Of a stretch of 64,000 nt of DNA, positions 51,057 through 64,000 are shown piece after piece. How positions within the stretch are numbered: position 1 is the stretch's first letter; every line of letters begins with the position of its first letter. The notes beneath the pieces were generated by a model. The model ran no database searches, was not told the origin of the DNA, and saw only the letters and a list, made by a program, of their open reading frames with translations. The stretch lies in assembly GCA_964188305.1 (NCBI GenBank), contig OZ076886.1; one strand, given 5' to 3'. Origin of the DNA: Podarcis bocagei. Lineage: Eukaryota. Made by a program: the position numbers and the translations under genes.

Positions 51057-51510
51057 TTATTTGTACCCCGCCCATCTGGCTGGATTTCCCCAGCCACTCT
51101 GGGCAGCTTCCAACAAAGACCAAAAATAAAATAAAATGTCACACATTAAAAACCTCCCTAAACAAGTCTGCCTTCAGATGTCTTCTGAATGTCAGGTAGT
51201 TGTTTATCTCTTTGACATCTGATGGGAGGGTATTCCACAGGGCAGGCACCACTACCGAGAAGGCCCTCTGCCTGGTTCCCTGTAGCTTTGCTTCTCGCAA
51301 TGAGGGAACCGCCAGAAGGCCCTCGGCGCTGGACCTCAGTGTCCGGGCAGAATGATGGGGGTGGAGACGCTCCTTCAGGTCTACTGGGCCGAGGCCGTTT
51401 AGGGCTTTAAAGGTCAACACCAACACTTTGAAACGTACTGGAAACGTACTGGGAGCCAATGTAGGTCTTTCAAGACCGTTGTTATGTGGTCTCGGTGGCT
51501 GCCCCCAGTC
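51005..51510 (-). mobile_element. L2-clade LINE 3' fragment with (TTA)n tail
   Basis: ORF 51139-51459 encodes an L2 ORF2 C-terminus (FKVLVLTFKALNGLGP...RAFSVVVPALWNTLP...FRRHLKADLF). (TAA)n at 51005-51056. Confidence 0.88.
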
Positions 51511-52041
51511 ACCATATGTGTTTGCAGAGGTGTTCGCACTTCACATCCACACAGTTGTGCAACACCTCATATGTCTGGAAGTTCTTCTATGCATGCACAA
51601 AATATCCCTCCACACAGCAAGCTAACATGTCAGGGGAAAACTTTTTAGCCTAAAACTCTCTTTGAAATGGTGGTTTTCCTATACACAAAGAATTCTCTTG
51701 TATGAAGGAACATCCAGTCATCTGAGCTCCGCCTGCAAGCTGATGTGGTTTAGCCCAGATACAAGTTTACTTTACCAGCTGGGATTAGGCTTTTGACTAC
51801 TCTGTCATTCCGCTTTTAAATCAGCCTTCTCCAACATGGTGCCCTCTGGGTATTGTTTGACTACAATTTCCAACATCCCTGACTGTTTGTCTTCCAGCTG
51901 GGGTTGATGTGAGTAGTCCAAAGTACCAGGAGGGCACCAGGTTGGGGAATCCTGCTGCGGTGGGGAGGGCGTCCTCCAAGCTTTATATTTACTCATATCT
52001 TATATGTTTATTCGTTTCCTTCTGTTGCCTTCTTCTGGCAG

Positions 52042-52213
52042 ATGAACCGGAAGGTCACAGAACTGCCTGAGAGGCGCTCCCAACAGACACACACTGAACT
52101 TTCCAGCATCTTGATCATCCAAAATGTGAGCCTACAAGACCTGGGAAAATATACATGCAAGGCTAGCAATGGGGAGCAAGACTTGAAGGAGAGCATAGAT
52201 GTCATCGTACATG
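52042..52213 (+). CDS. FLT4: FLT4 exon 7 ([24 protein letters not shown]...DVIVH)
   Basis: CAG acceptor, 172 nt, GTAAA donor. Confidence 0.96.
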
Positions 52214-52401
52214 GTAAAAACCATTAACTCAGGATAAGAAAACCTTGTAGGTGCTTCTGGTGTGTTAGCATGGTGGCAAACAGTTTAAAGGCAGCTGATG
52301 TCTTTGTGAAACAGTGGAGAAGATCAGATAAGATAAAGGAAGCAGTGGAGAACTTCCTGTGAAGACTGACCTTTTGTCCTCTGTTCCCTGCCATATGAAA
52401 A

Positions 52402-52404
<3 letters not shown>

Positions 52405-52440
<36 letters not shown>
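52405..52440. repeat. (GT)n microsatellite
   Basis: 18 GT units. Confidence 0.95.
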
Positions 52441-52442
<2 letters not shown>

Positions 52443-53155
52443 GTGTGTGTGTAAGTGTGTAAGGAAGAGAGAGATTATTATGTGACACACCATGTTCTCT
52501 AGGATTATGGCATGGCAGAGCAAAGATCCAATGCTCCTGCTAGACAACAGCAAAGGATATGTTCCCAGGAGTAAGATGACATGATTCTGAGTTAAGTCAT
52601 GGTGGTAACCAGTACTGATACCAAACTCCATATTATTACTGAGATGTCAGAACAGATGTTCCCTTTCTCTCTCTCTAAGGACTGCTGTTTTTATAGCAGC
52701 TGAAACTGTCCACTTGCCCTCCCTATGCCTATGTCATTCTATAGGTAGTAACTATAAACTAACCACCACCCATACAAAGAAAACTTTTACTTGAGCTGGC
52801 AAAAGTTCTGGCAAAAGTAGTGGTAAGTGTTAGTTAAAATCTCCATCCAATGCAAGGTTATTTGCAGGATAAGGCATGGTAGCATTCTCAACGTTTCAGA
52901 AAGACAGGTCCCTGTACCTTCACGGAGCAAACTGTGAATCAGTGTGAACAACTGTTCTCATGTCTGCACAAATGCATGGATACACAGATTCAGTATCTAA
53001 TGGGCATCTGTGCATACGTGATGTTTATTTCCAAGCAGTGCATACTTCTACTATGTGTATGGATTAATGCTATCTAATCTCTGCTGTAGCTCCAGCATGT
53101 TCCTCTCACAGCTTTCGCCCTGCTTTCTTCTCTCTTATCTGTCTGGTTTTCACAG

Positions 53156-53273
53156 AGAAACCCTTCATCAATGTGGAGTGGAGGAAGGGTCCAGTGATTG
53201 AAGCAACAGCAGGAGATGAAATGGCAAAGCTGCCGGTGAAAGTGGTTGCCTACCCCCAGCCTGAGTTCCAGTG
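53156..53273 (+). CDS. FLT4: FLT4 exon 8 ([40 protein letters not shown])
   Basis: CAG acceptor, 118 nt, GTAAT donor. Confidence 0.96.
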
Positions 53274-54719
53274 GTAATGCACTCCCCCTCTTTGCATATG
53301 GGCTTAGCAGGCTTCAGGGCTGACCTTTGTAGAGAAGGGAAAAAGAGGAGGAGAAAGGCCCCTGTCTTACTGAAATCGATTTTGTGAGAGGAGTGACACT
53401 GCCCTCCCACACGGCTTGAGGGTTCTGATTTGGAGCCATTCTTCTTGACTTCTGTGATCCTTAAGCTTGATTCATTACCCAGCATTTTAACATTGTATAG
53501 CAAAGCAGGCTATTCTTTTCACCGGAGACATAAAAATTCTTCCTCGTCTTGTCTCCAGAGTTCTGGCAGACGTTAGAGGCAGGGAGAAACAATCTTTCTC
53601 ATCATTCGCTTTGTTGGCAAACGCACACCACACAAACACACAAATGTTCTCCACCCACATACAAGTGCTGTCTCACATTCCCTGTGGCTATGTAAACACC
53701 TGTTAACACTTTCAGAAAGCTGAGGCCCTCGGAAAGTCGTGGAATCTGGTACTGAGGTGGCAAGTGTTTGGGTCTAGACTTGCACCTCAGTCCCAGTCAG
53801 AGGGGATAATAGCTGAGCTCCCTGGGGGTGCCACATATATCCTGATCTCATTCTGATCAGCCAGCTGGTGACACCATAGCAAGGAAAGTGGAGTTAGGGA
53901 AGTGGATTCCATCTCTCACAAACTCTCTTCATTCTGCCATATCTGCTTGTGCTGTGTGTAAAATTATTAGTATAAGCCCTTCACTTCAGCCCCTTGCTCA
54001 GCAGTGTAGCAATGACTTGCCATAAATGGCACTTTTGCAAGATACCACAAGACAGTGAAGAGTCATTTCATAAGGGCAGGACACACCTGTCATTTTAAAT
54101 TTCTCTCCTCCCCCCCCCTTTTTCCAATCTCACAGTCAGTTCTCCATACTTCCATTTCAGTTTACAATTTTTATAAAAAATTCTCATGAAAATTTATCAG
54201 AATTTTAGTACCCACTTCTCATATGTACATTTTTGTACGCAATTTTACCTATTAAACATGATTTTGCAAGTGATTTTCTGTAACATTTTTGGATGTTATC
54301 TTCACTAACATATGTATTTTTAAATGCACATATTTACCCTTGCATATACATTTTTAAAAACATTCTTTGGTTTGATAATGCATTGCAAAATTTAGAGAAG
54401 TGTGGATTTTGAGGGAAAGCTGTGTTTTGGGATCTTGTATTGTTTTGAGAAATGCAAATTAAGTAATTTGACATTACATTGCAAACCTAATTTCCCCTGC
54501 ATTTTATACATCTGAATTTTGCCTTAGGTGGTTGTCAGTGTTTTCCCTTTGGCCAGAAAATGCAGCAAGCTTTTCCTGGAAGGGGAGAAATTCGTGAGAG
54601 GTCTCCCTTTGAGGAAGTGCCTCCTGCCATGGACTGAAGCCCTGTGACTGCCTTTTGGGAGGAACGTGCTAATCCACACACACATACACCTCTCTCTTTC
54701 TCTCTCTTCTTCTGCCCAG

Positions 54720-54874
54720 GTTTAAGGATGGAAGGTTAATTTCCAACAGGCAGTCTCAATATTCCCTGCAGATCAAGGATGTGGCAGAGCAGAACTCTGG
54801 CTCCTACACATTGGTTCTGAAGAACGGGCCGGCTGGACTGGAGAAGAGCATTAGTCTCCAGCTGGTGGTCAATG
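54720..54874 (+). CDS. FLT4: FLT4 exon 9 (FKDGRLISNRQSQYSLQIKDV...ISLQLVVN)
   Basis: Long pyrimidine tract and CAG acceptor, 155 nt, GTAAGG donor. Confidence 0.96.
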
Positions 54875-55558
54875 GTAAGGAGGTTGGACTAATGGGAGAG
54901 GAATGTCCTGAAACCCTTTGCAGTTCGACAGATGTTTGTACCTGATGTCATTTGGCCTTGTGTGGTTGTTTATTTTAGCAAGTCCGTGCTATAGAGGATG
55001 AAGGCCATAGTCCTTTGCCCCTCCCCCCCCCCGGCCCCAGTCCAAATTGGCCCCATGTGCATCCTACTCACAATGGGAGGGGAGCTGAGACTTCTCTGTC
55101 CTTTCAGATCAGAAAGTTATAAAATGAATGCCACTGGGTCAATTTTTTAAAATAAAAAAATATAATATGATGAGTAGGGCAAGGAAAGAGTGTCAGGTTT
55201 GGAATGGGGGGGACCCTCTGTTCAAATACCGTTTCCGACTGCACATAATGGCAGCAGATCCATGTATCAGGATTTGATTGTCATCAAAGTCCCTATATAA
55301 AAAGGTTTAGTGCAGGCAGGTGGGAGAAACTGAAATCTTCTCCCACCCCCATGTTCCCACCCCCACTGACGCTGCATTCTAAACAAAGTTCTCTTTCATT
55401 GGGGCTTTGTTACCATTGCCAAAGCTAAAAGATAATTTGGAGGTGGGAAAAACAATTTCACTCCCCCCCCCCCATCCTGCACATTAAATCCCCCCTCCCT
55501 GCCCTTCTCTGCTTTGTAGGGATTCAGCACCACCAGTCTGGGACACATTGCATTTGGC

Positions 55559-55809
55559 CAGGGGTAGGCAACCTAAGGCCTGGGGGCCGGATGCGGCCCA
55601 ATTGCCTTCTCAATCCAGCCCGCGGATGCTCCGGGAATCAGCGTGTTTTTACATGAGTAGAATGTGTCCTTTTATCTAAAATGTATCTCTGGGTTATTTG
55701 TGGGGCATGGGAATTTGTTCATTTTTTAAAATCAAAATATAGTCTGGCCCACCACATGGTCTGAGAGACGGTGGACCAGCCCATGGCTGAAAAAGGTTGC
55801 TGACCCCTG
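55559..55809. mobile_element. hAT (Charlie-like) MITE
   Basis: TIR CAGGGGTAGGCAACCT / AGGTTGCTGACCCCTG and 8-bp TSD CATTTGGC / TATTTGGC. Confidence 0.88.
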
Positions 55810-57437
55810 TATTTGGCCCTCAATATCAGCAGACAGAAGAATGAAATGTGGGAGGGGTATGAGGAGTAAAATTGGGGGGGGGGTCTCATTCAGGCTACCA
55901 AAGGATCTGCAGTCTTCTGACTCCATGATGTCAATGCAGAAGAAAGAATTGCAATAAGTGAGTTTTCCTGGAGCTAGTCCAGCATCCCTAACACGCCTGG
56001 CAGTCACATCACTGTAGTGTTTATAGAGGAAGAAAATAACTTCCCAGTGTTTAAAATTAGGATTGGGCAGAAGGTAGATTGGGATCTAATGGCAGACCTT
56101 TGGGTGATTTTGCAGCAGATCAGCAAGGGCTTCTGATTCCCAGCTGTCTAACAATAGCAACAGTTTAAACTCTGCACACCCTCACCCCCATGCACCAAAT
56201 TAAGTGAAAAAGAACACCAGGAGCAGGATTCTCCTAACAATCCCTGTCAGCAGAAGCCCTGAACAAGGACTTTTGCCTGTGCAATGGGACTTCCCCACCT
56301 CTCCTCCCACCCACCATGAACTTGGTTCAGAGGGGGCTGGAGAACTCCAAGAACAGCACATTAAGGGAGAAGAGGGGGTCATTCGGCAAGCTGAAATGCT
56401 TGCACATTTGGAAGTCTATAATAGTGCAGTATTGAATTCCACCCAATGAATGGGTGTTTTGTGTGAAGGACTTGTGAGCTTGGTTATGGGAACTGCTCAT
56501 GCATTCCTAGACTGAGCATGTGCTCAGAGGCTCCTTGTTCCTTAATTCTGAACTTACATCCACCTACCTGATCCACTAATTTGCACCTGGTTCTGGTTGG
56601 TGGTCCTTGAAGTTGTACTAGAAAACAAAGTACCGTAGACCTCGCAAGCCTGACGCCCACCCAGCCATACTCTAAATGCACCCATAACTTAAGCTCAGGT
56701 TATTTTATCCATTGCATTTAGTAGATAATTTCTTAAATGAGAGGTGTGCCAGGTAATTGTACATTACCTGCTGGTAGTTCAGCATTTGCTTGCTGTCCTG
56801 TAACAGTTGCCCTCAAGCAATGGTGTGTCATTCTATTCCTCAAAACAATGACTTCCAACAGGGGCAGGGAAAGACCAATGTACACTGCCTCCATAGTGCT
56901 ATCCTGCTTAATAGAAGGCAGCACCAACATCGGCCTGTGGAGTGGAGCCACAGATCCACCCTTACAATGCCAGCATCACTTACATTGCACCTTACCTGTA
57001 TGGAACCTCCCCACCCCTTCCCCACTCTCACCTGGTAAGCAGCAACAATCTTGCTGCTGGGAAGCTAGTGTTGCAGCTCCACTCCACTGGGTGAGGCATT
57101 TTTGGACAGAACACGGCACTGGTGAGGTTGAGGCTGCACAGGAGCACCAGCTGAGCCAATCAGGTGATTCCCACCCTGACATCACTGCCCCACTCCAGCC
57201 CTGCCCAGGTAAGCTGCAGTGACATCAGTGCTGCTGGGACCTAGAGCAATTCTAAGGGAGAGGAAGGAGTATAACTACTACTACACAGCAGCAGCAACGC
57301 GAGGTTGGGAGGGGAGGGAGACAATTGAGGGAGATAGTGTGGGTGATTAGAGGATTGGCAGAGAGAGCAACAGAGGCAACCATCCCAGAACAGTTATTAT
57401 TTACAAGGCTGATACATCAACGTTCTTCTTATTTCAG

Positions 57438-57600
57438 TTCCTCCACAAATCCATGAGAAAGAAGCAACTTCACCCAACATCTATTCCCGTAAAAGCCGAC
57501 AGGTGCTCACCTGCACTGTGTATGGCATCCCAGCACCAGAGAAGATCCAGTGGCAGTGGAGGCCTTGGACACCCTGCCCAATGTTCTCCCGTCACAATCT
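57438..57600 (+). CDS. FLT4: FLT4 exon 10 ([54 protein letters not shown])
   Basis: CAG acceptor, 163 nt, GTAAGT donor. The gene continues beyond the window. Confidence 0.96.
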
Positions 57601-59340
57601 GTAAGTAACTGGCCTCCTTTGATCTTTGCCGTGTTCTTAATGCTGCAGCAAGGGAGGAAGACCTTGGCATGCTTCTTCATGCAAATGCATATGAGATGGT
57701 CACCGCAAGAGGGTCACTAGGGATGTGCATCGGATGAATGCCAAAGCGGGCTGCTTTGGACAGATTTCAGGCGTCTCCGAGCTAAAGTAGTATCTCTTCA
57801 GTATGCCCCAAACCAAAGCGGGATTTGGGGCACTTCAGATGTTTGGATATTTAAAATGTTGCTGGTTATTTTGCAGAGGTGTCGCTAGGAAAGTATGCCA
57901 TTTTCATAATAAAATAGTTGCCCACAAAACCAGAGGGAGAGAAGCAAATCCCTTTTAGTTCTCCCCATCCTCAAAAAGCACCCAGCACAAAAAAACAATT
58001 TGTATTTTGGCAGGTTTCTTACAAAGAGGGGGCTGTCTGGTGTATGCTATTTGCATACAGATTGCATACAAAATAAGAGGGGAGCTTAAGCGATTTCTTT
58101 TTTGACCATCCTAAAATGGAAAAGCCTGCCCTTGCAGGAAAACCACTATGGCTAGATAAAAAGTGCCGGAGTGCATCCTCTCAGAAAAGGCAAACAAGAG
58201 AGCAAATTTCATACACTTCTGCCAAAAGGTAAAAGAATTGTGAACAATTCTGTTTTTGTTTTTAAAGGTGCCTAGTACAAAAACTAATGGAACTATTTCT
58301 CTGCAATTTGGCAGGCTTTATCCACTAAGCCTTGAAATTTAATGCAAGTCCATTAAAAATGAAACTGTTTTTTGTTTTCCTATTTGTTCCTTGCAAATTT
58401 GGATTTGGACCCAAACCAAAATGGGTAGCCTCCGTGTTGGTGTTGCTAACTGTTGCTGCTGCTGTTGCTGCTGCTACTGCTGCTGTTGCTGTTGTTACTT
58501 GCCTGCCCTTCACTTTAAGGTGCCAGGACAAGCTACAACAATTAAAACACAATGTTAAAAATGGATTAAAACAACTTACAGTAACAGAAATGAAGCCATT
58601 TGTGGCTTCTTGCACTTACAGGAGAATATTTCTCCACACTGCCTTTTGGAGAACATTCGTAGTGGCATGGAGAGTGGTGTGAGTACCTGTCCATTTGAAG
58701 GAAATGCCATAATGTTGGCCAGGAGCTAAATGCATACTGTTCCTTCACTTTAAAACCTATGACTAAGACCTAATTCAAATGTCATAATAAGCTGGTATTA
58801 TCACCTTGATCTCAGAGAGGTAGTGTTGTGCAACATCTGTAGGTAAAAGTATAAATGGTGGTCCTTGTGCAAGAGCAACAGTTTTTTATTCATATGAGTG
58901 GAGTGGACAATGAGGTTTACCCTCCTGCCTGCATCTTCTAGTCCCAAGAGAGGGGGCTATTCATTGGGCCCACAAAATGCTCCCTCCTTATGGGTATGAC
59001 TGGAGCGGCATGAAACCTCACTACTGGAAAAGAGATTCCATGCTTCTCTAGCAACTAATTGTGCCATGGGCTGCATTTTAGATTTCTCATGGAGCAACAC
59101 AAAGGAGCAGGGTTAAGAGCAGGGGTTTAGACAGGTTTTTCATCTGGTGTTGAATATGTAAAAATGTTGCTGATTACTCCTGCATAGAATTATCCGGCTA
59201 GTGCTTTTTCTTTGATTTCTCTGGCCACTGAGGACTGAACTATTGGCTTAGGTCCAAACTAGGCATGCCATGGGAGATTCAAAAACTGGATGTCTCATTT
59301 TTCCAAAGAAAGACAAGCAGCTACAGAGGGCTCATATTTA

Positions 59341-60069
59341 CCGTATTTTTCGCCCCATAAGACGCACTTTTTCCCCTCCAAAAATGAAGGGGAAATCGGG
59401 GTGCGTCTTATGGGGCGAATGCCTGCAAGCCTCGCGCGCCCGGCAGGAGGTCCGACCGGGTGCGCGAGGCTTGGGGCGGCAGCCTGTCGCCCGAAGCACG
59501 GGGAGCCCTCTGGAGGGCTCCCCCTGCTTCGGGCGAGTGTCTGCAAGCCTCCCGCACCCGGCAGGAGGTCCCGCTGGGTGCGCGAGGCTTGGGGCGGCAG
59601 CGGACTGCTTGCGCGCACCTAGAAGCTTGGGGCGGGCTGAGCTCAGCTGGCCCCAAGCTTCTAGGTGCGCGCAAGCAGTCCGCTGCCGCCCCAAGCCTCC
59701 CGCACCCGGCAGGAGGTCCCGCCGGGTGCGCGAGGCTTGGGGCGGCAGCGGACTGCTTGCCGGCATGCAGAAGCTTGGGGCGTGCTGAGCTCAGCACGCC
59801 CCAAGCTTCTAGGTGCGCGCAAGCAGTCCGCTGCCGCCCCAAGCCTCCCGCACCCGGCAGGAGGTCCCGCCGGGTGCGCAAGGCTTGGGGCGGCAGCGGA
59901 CTGCTTGCCGGCACGCAGAAGCTTGGGGCGCGCTGACCTCAGCTTGCCCCAAGCTTCTGGATTAGCGCAGCGCACCTGGGGGGGAAATAATTTTTTTCCC
60001 CTTTATTTCCCCCCCTAAAATCTAGGTGCGTCTTATGGGCCGGTGCGTCTTATGGGGCGAAAAATACTG
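59341..60069. mobile_element. Tc1/mariner-superfamily (Tc2/pogo-like) non-autonomous element with internal palindromic GC-rich tandem array
   Basis: 27-bp TIR CCGTATTTTTCGCCCCATAAGACGCAC (26/27 match), TA TSD at 59339-59340 and 60070-60071, and internal units starting at 59426, 59544, 59692 and 59840. Confidence 0.88.
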
Positions 60070-62473
60070 TAGATTGAAACTGCTGTGTTTGGGAAGGGAG
60101 AACATAGCAATACAGTATGGGTAGATGTACATTTTTGCCCTCAGAGTTGATTTAAATCAGGGAAATGTAATGCAGGCATAGGGGTGTTAAAAAGCAAAAC
60201 AAATAATTCCCCCACAACATGGCAGTGACAATCTGAATGAGGGACCCTGTGGCTACTTTTAAATATTTTTAAAAGCTGGGGAACCTGATCCCATAACTCC
60301 TGCATCAATTTCAGGTTTGGCTCTTGGTGTCTGAAAACTGGTTAGGATCTAGGCCCAGTTTAAAGTGGAGCTGAGAAGCAATCATTCACAAACATGAACA
60401 GGCCAGCAGCTGCATGAAAAGGCAATTTGTAAAGTAGACTCAACTCAGCCATTTGACAGAAAAAGAACAAGAAATGCAGTGGTCTAACATGAAGAATCGC
60501 CTATAAATAAGTGGCTCTTCAGTCTTCACAGACATCTATCAAACCAAATGCTGCTTTGCCTGGTGCAGTTTGCACCATCTTAGGAAGCTGTAGAGATTTG
60601 TTACCCTCTTCAAGAGATTTGTTTCTGAGCATGCTAGTGGCAGAACTCAAAACTTGCCTGCTGCTTGTCTGCAGGGACAATGGAGGCAGAAATTAATACA
60701 ATGTCAGAGTTGTGAGGTTTTCAATGTGTGTGGGTTTTTCCTGCAGAAAATTTATGTAGCTGCCAGAAAATGTCTAGGTAGGAAGTGGCATCTAAGGCGT
60801 TTAATACTCTATTTAACAGAAACAGACTTAGAAAGATCGATGGGAGTCTGATACAAAGTTTTACAAAGATGTGTTTCAATGCCCTTGTTGCTTACCAGAA
60901 CAATATCTCATAAAAACAAATCTATATGAGTACAGCTGTATAATTCATGCACCTCAGAAGGTTCTAGTAGTGCTAATAAATAAAGGGGTTTTTTTAATAG
61001 CCAGAATGCAGAGTGAGATGATCCAGTGGTTGTTGAAAATAAAACTAGATAAGAATATGTTTGGACCCCAAAGTGTTGGTGCAATGAAAAAATGGGTAGA
61101 CTGTATAAAGAATTCCCTAGATGCCAAAATCCAGGTTTGGGCCAAGTACAGAAAAAGTTGCACAGGCAGTAAAACCTGGATTAGTTACAGTAGTGAAAGT
61201 TCCCAAATTATTGGTATAGGAACTCAAGAGTGGCTTGTTAGAGCCATGTGGCTAAGCTGGAGCAACCAGCTTAGCCTCTTCACATGCTGAGCTTCTCCCA
61301 CAGACTAGGAAGAAACAATAGGCTTGATTACCTAGTTCTTCCCAAGGTGAGGGGAAGTGGGCATAACTAAGCCTGGCAAAACAGCTTACTCTGTGGTATT
61401 AACCCCTTCATGTGTTAATTAGACTTAAGCAAGTTGGTTATATGAGGCTGGTTATCCCACACAAAGAACTTATGTTACTTCAGTAAATTCACAAAGACCT
61501 TGGCAGAAGCTTGAAATAGCAAATCTGTGAAAGCCTGCAAAAGTGACTGAACAGTATGTTACCCCAGCAGTGGAACGTACGCTCCTGCCACCTAAATTGG
61601 GTGCATAGGGCATGCCCTAAGGGGGCAGGGGTGGTGGGAGCCTGCTGTGCCCAGCCAGGCATGAGAATGCTGCCTTTGCGGCACCCTCACACAGCACTGC
61701 CCAGCCAAGGAGAGGGGCAGCAACACTGCTGCTGTGACTATCCTCCTCCTCTCCGCCTCCCAGGTCAGACCTGGCCCAGGAGCTGGAACCAGGCCCAATG
61801 AGGGAGTCTGGGAGGGGCGCCTAGTCATGCCCCTCTCAAAACTGTGCCCAGGGTCATGCTCCCCACACACTACACCTCTGTGTGACCCCAAGATCATATT
61901 TGAGTCAAAGTGACAACGAAGCTTTAGTAAAAGCTGAGTGAATGTAGAAGTAGCAGATACAAGCAAGTTAAAGTCATAAGGCAGAATGTATGGAGCTGTT
62001 GTAATACATAGTGATAGGAAGACTCATAAAAGGTTTTGGACTCCAAGATGCCTGTGACTACATCAAGAAGCAGAGAGATAAAAAGAGCCCATTAGATTGG
62101 GAGAAGAAGAATGTGTGAGAGAAAGAGAGAACAAGAATATGAAACAAAGTGGTTCACTTTGTTTCCACTGTGTGGAGGGAAACAGTTTTTGGAAACATTA
62201 ACACAGAATTGAAACATAGGGCAGCAGCCATTTAATAAATGAGAATTTTACTGGCCTTCAGCATTTTAACTCCAAAACAAATCCCTTAGTGCAACGGTTC
62301 TGAGAATGTGAAGTAGGCTTGTCTCCAAGGAAACTTGGGCAGCTTGCTAAGAAAGGCTTGAACTGCTTGTTTTCTCCCAGACTGTTTAGTATCTGTGCTT
62401 CAACTGGGTGATAAGCAGGGTGCTTATTTTCCCTGTCCCAAGCAATGTAGCTCAAAGAGCTGTGGAGGCTGCT

Positions 62474-62786
62474 AAAAAGGTAAAGGACCCCTGACAGTTA
62501 AATCCAGTTGCGAACGACTCTGGGGTTGCGGCGCTCATCTCGCTTTACTGGCCAAGGGAGCCAACGTTTGTCCACAGAGTTTTTCTGGGTCATGTGGCCA
62601 GAGCAGCACATGGAAACGCCATTTACCTTCCCACTGGAGTGGTACCTATTTATCTACTTGCACTTTGACACGCTTTTGAACTGCTAGGTTGGCAGGAGCT
62701 GGGACTGAGCAACAGGTGCTCACCCCGTCACGGGGATTTGAACCGCCGACCTTCCAATCAGCAAGCCCTAGCGCCACCTGCATCCC
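62474..62786 (-). mobile_element. Sauria SINE
   Basis: Reverse complement of the family at 1653-2025 (AAAGGTAAAGGACCCC tail, GGTACCTATTTATCTACTTGCAC, GCGCCACCTGCATCCC head), with internal deletions. Confidence 0.9.
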
Positions 62787-62939
62787 TTGTGGGTGCCCCA
62801 TAATTTTCCTTTTTCTCTTGCTGGTTGACTGGAGAAGCTTATGGTGATTTGCAGTGGCATTCAGTATGCACCAGTTTGGAAGAGGCAGTAGTGCTAGAGG
62901 TTCTTTTCCTCATGGAGGCCCTGTTTGACCAGGTGTGAC

Positions 62940-63400
62940 AGGCTCTGGATGTGGTGAATGTAGTTGTGGAACTGCCCTTAGAAACAAGGACAATTTATAC
63001 GACCTCTGTCTCTGTCTGAATGGTTATTGTGCAGGAGACAAGCTGCCTCCTGTTCCTTTGGGTTCTGCTGGCAGGACATTTTACAGCAAAGGTCTATTAT
63101 TATTGAGAAAGAAAGATAGAAAGAGGCCTCTAAGATAGACAGGAATTTGACAGGGAAGCATTATTGACCCAGGAGGAAGTGGGGCATCTATAAAAATACT
63201 GATGCCGTAAATGTACTGTTTGACTGTCTGAGGAAACAAGGGCATTTCCAGTCCCATCAGAATGCTTTGTGGCCTTGTCAGGAAGGAGAGGAGTTGTTGA
63301 ATTATTAGCACTGTCTCCCAAGGCCACAATCTTTATGCTTATCCCAGCTTCAGAGGATGCATCATGATTTCCTGTTGTTTAAACAGATTCTCACTCTTGT
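62940..63400. promoter_or_regulatory. Candidate endothelial enhancer in FLT4 intron 10
   Basis: Non-repetitive stretch with clustered ETS cores (CAGGAA, AGGAAG, AGGAAA) and a composite FOX:ETS-like site AAACAACAGGAAAT on the minus strand (63367-63380). Confidence 0.35.
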
Positions 63401-64000
63401 TATGGTACACTAAGTGTGCTAAACATCTGTCCCCTCATCTTCTCTAATGAAGGCATGTTGTTTGGGCGGAGGAGCACACTATCTGCCAGATGAATTTGGG
63501 CGCCAGAACTGTCCAACACTCTCAGAAATGTTTTGGGCCACCAGTTGTCCATACTTGGTCTACTGCATACACAGCAGTGCAGACACTTTATCCAGGTACC
63601 CACATTGCATTACATTTGAACCCAACTTTCCAGCAGAGACCTTCTGACACATGTTGCAGGATACCACACATGTTGCAGGATACCCACACCTCAGTCAACG
63701 TCCCTTAGATGCATATCAATCCCCTGACCTCCCACATTAAAAACTCTTTCAGGTTGTGTGCACACCATATATTTAACACGCGCATCCACACAGTATGGCA
63801 TGAAGGCTATATTCTTCTCCTGCTTTTGCTCCCCAGGCACTGGCACCCCATATGGTCAGGGAGGGGCAAGGTGCAGGGAGTTTAACTGCGCAGGCATGGC
63901 AAAGGAGCCAGTCCAGTGCTCTTGCCACACCATCACCCTGCCTGTACCACCTTGAGCTTTCTGCACCTTACCACCCCACCAACTGCTGCTGGCTCCATAT

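Noticed and set aside
59270-60018. Repetitive ORFs on both strands; superficially CRISPR-like regular repeats
   Set aside because: Stop-poor GC-rich palindromic array inside a MITE, with no unique spacers, no cas genes and a vertebrate context.
57601-64000. FLT4 exon 11
   Set aside because: No segment encoding the expected C.DW...NPIES motif was found. It presumably lies beyond the window.

Overview
Vertebrate genomic DNA from a squamate, probably a lacertid lizard, judged from Sauria-type and other squamate SINEs, BovB and L2 fragments, and hAT/Tc1-mariner MITEs. The + strand carries the 5' half of FLT4 (VEGFR3): a CpG-island promoter and coding exons 1-10 (7238-57600), all with GT-AG junctions and a continuous reading frame. 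Exon 11 onward is not in the window. The main unexpected signal is on the - strand in the first ~12 kb: decayed reading frames (stops, frameshifts, TE insertions) that match, motif by motif, the nucleoprotein (N, ~11932-10050), matrix (M, ~5073-3485), fusion (F, ~3260-1520, partial) and polymerase (L, 1336 to beyond the left edge) of a paramyxo/pneumovirus-like negative-strand RNA virus (Mononegavirales). They lie in the canonical N-(P)-M-F-L order, with near-identical gene-start-like motifs ahead of M and L. The ancient FLT4 promoter and exon 1 sit between N and M, where P would be expected. These viral calls come from manual translation and comparison with reference proteins recalled from memory, and need tBLASTn/HMM confirmation.
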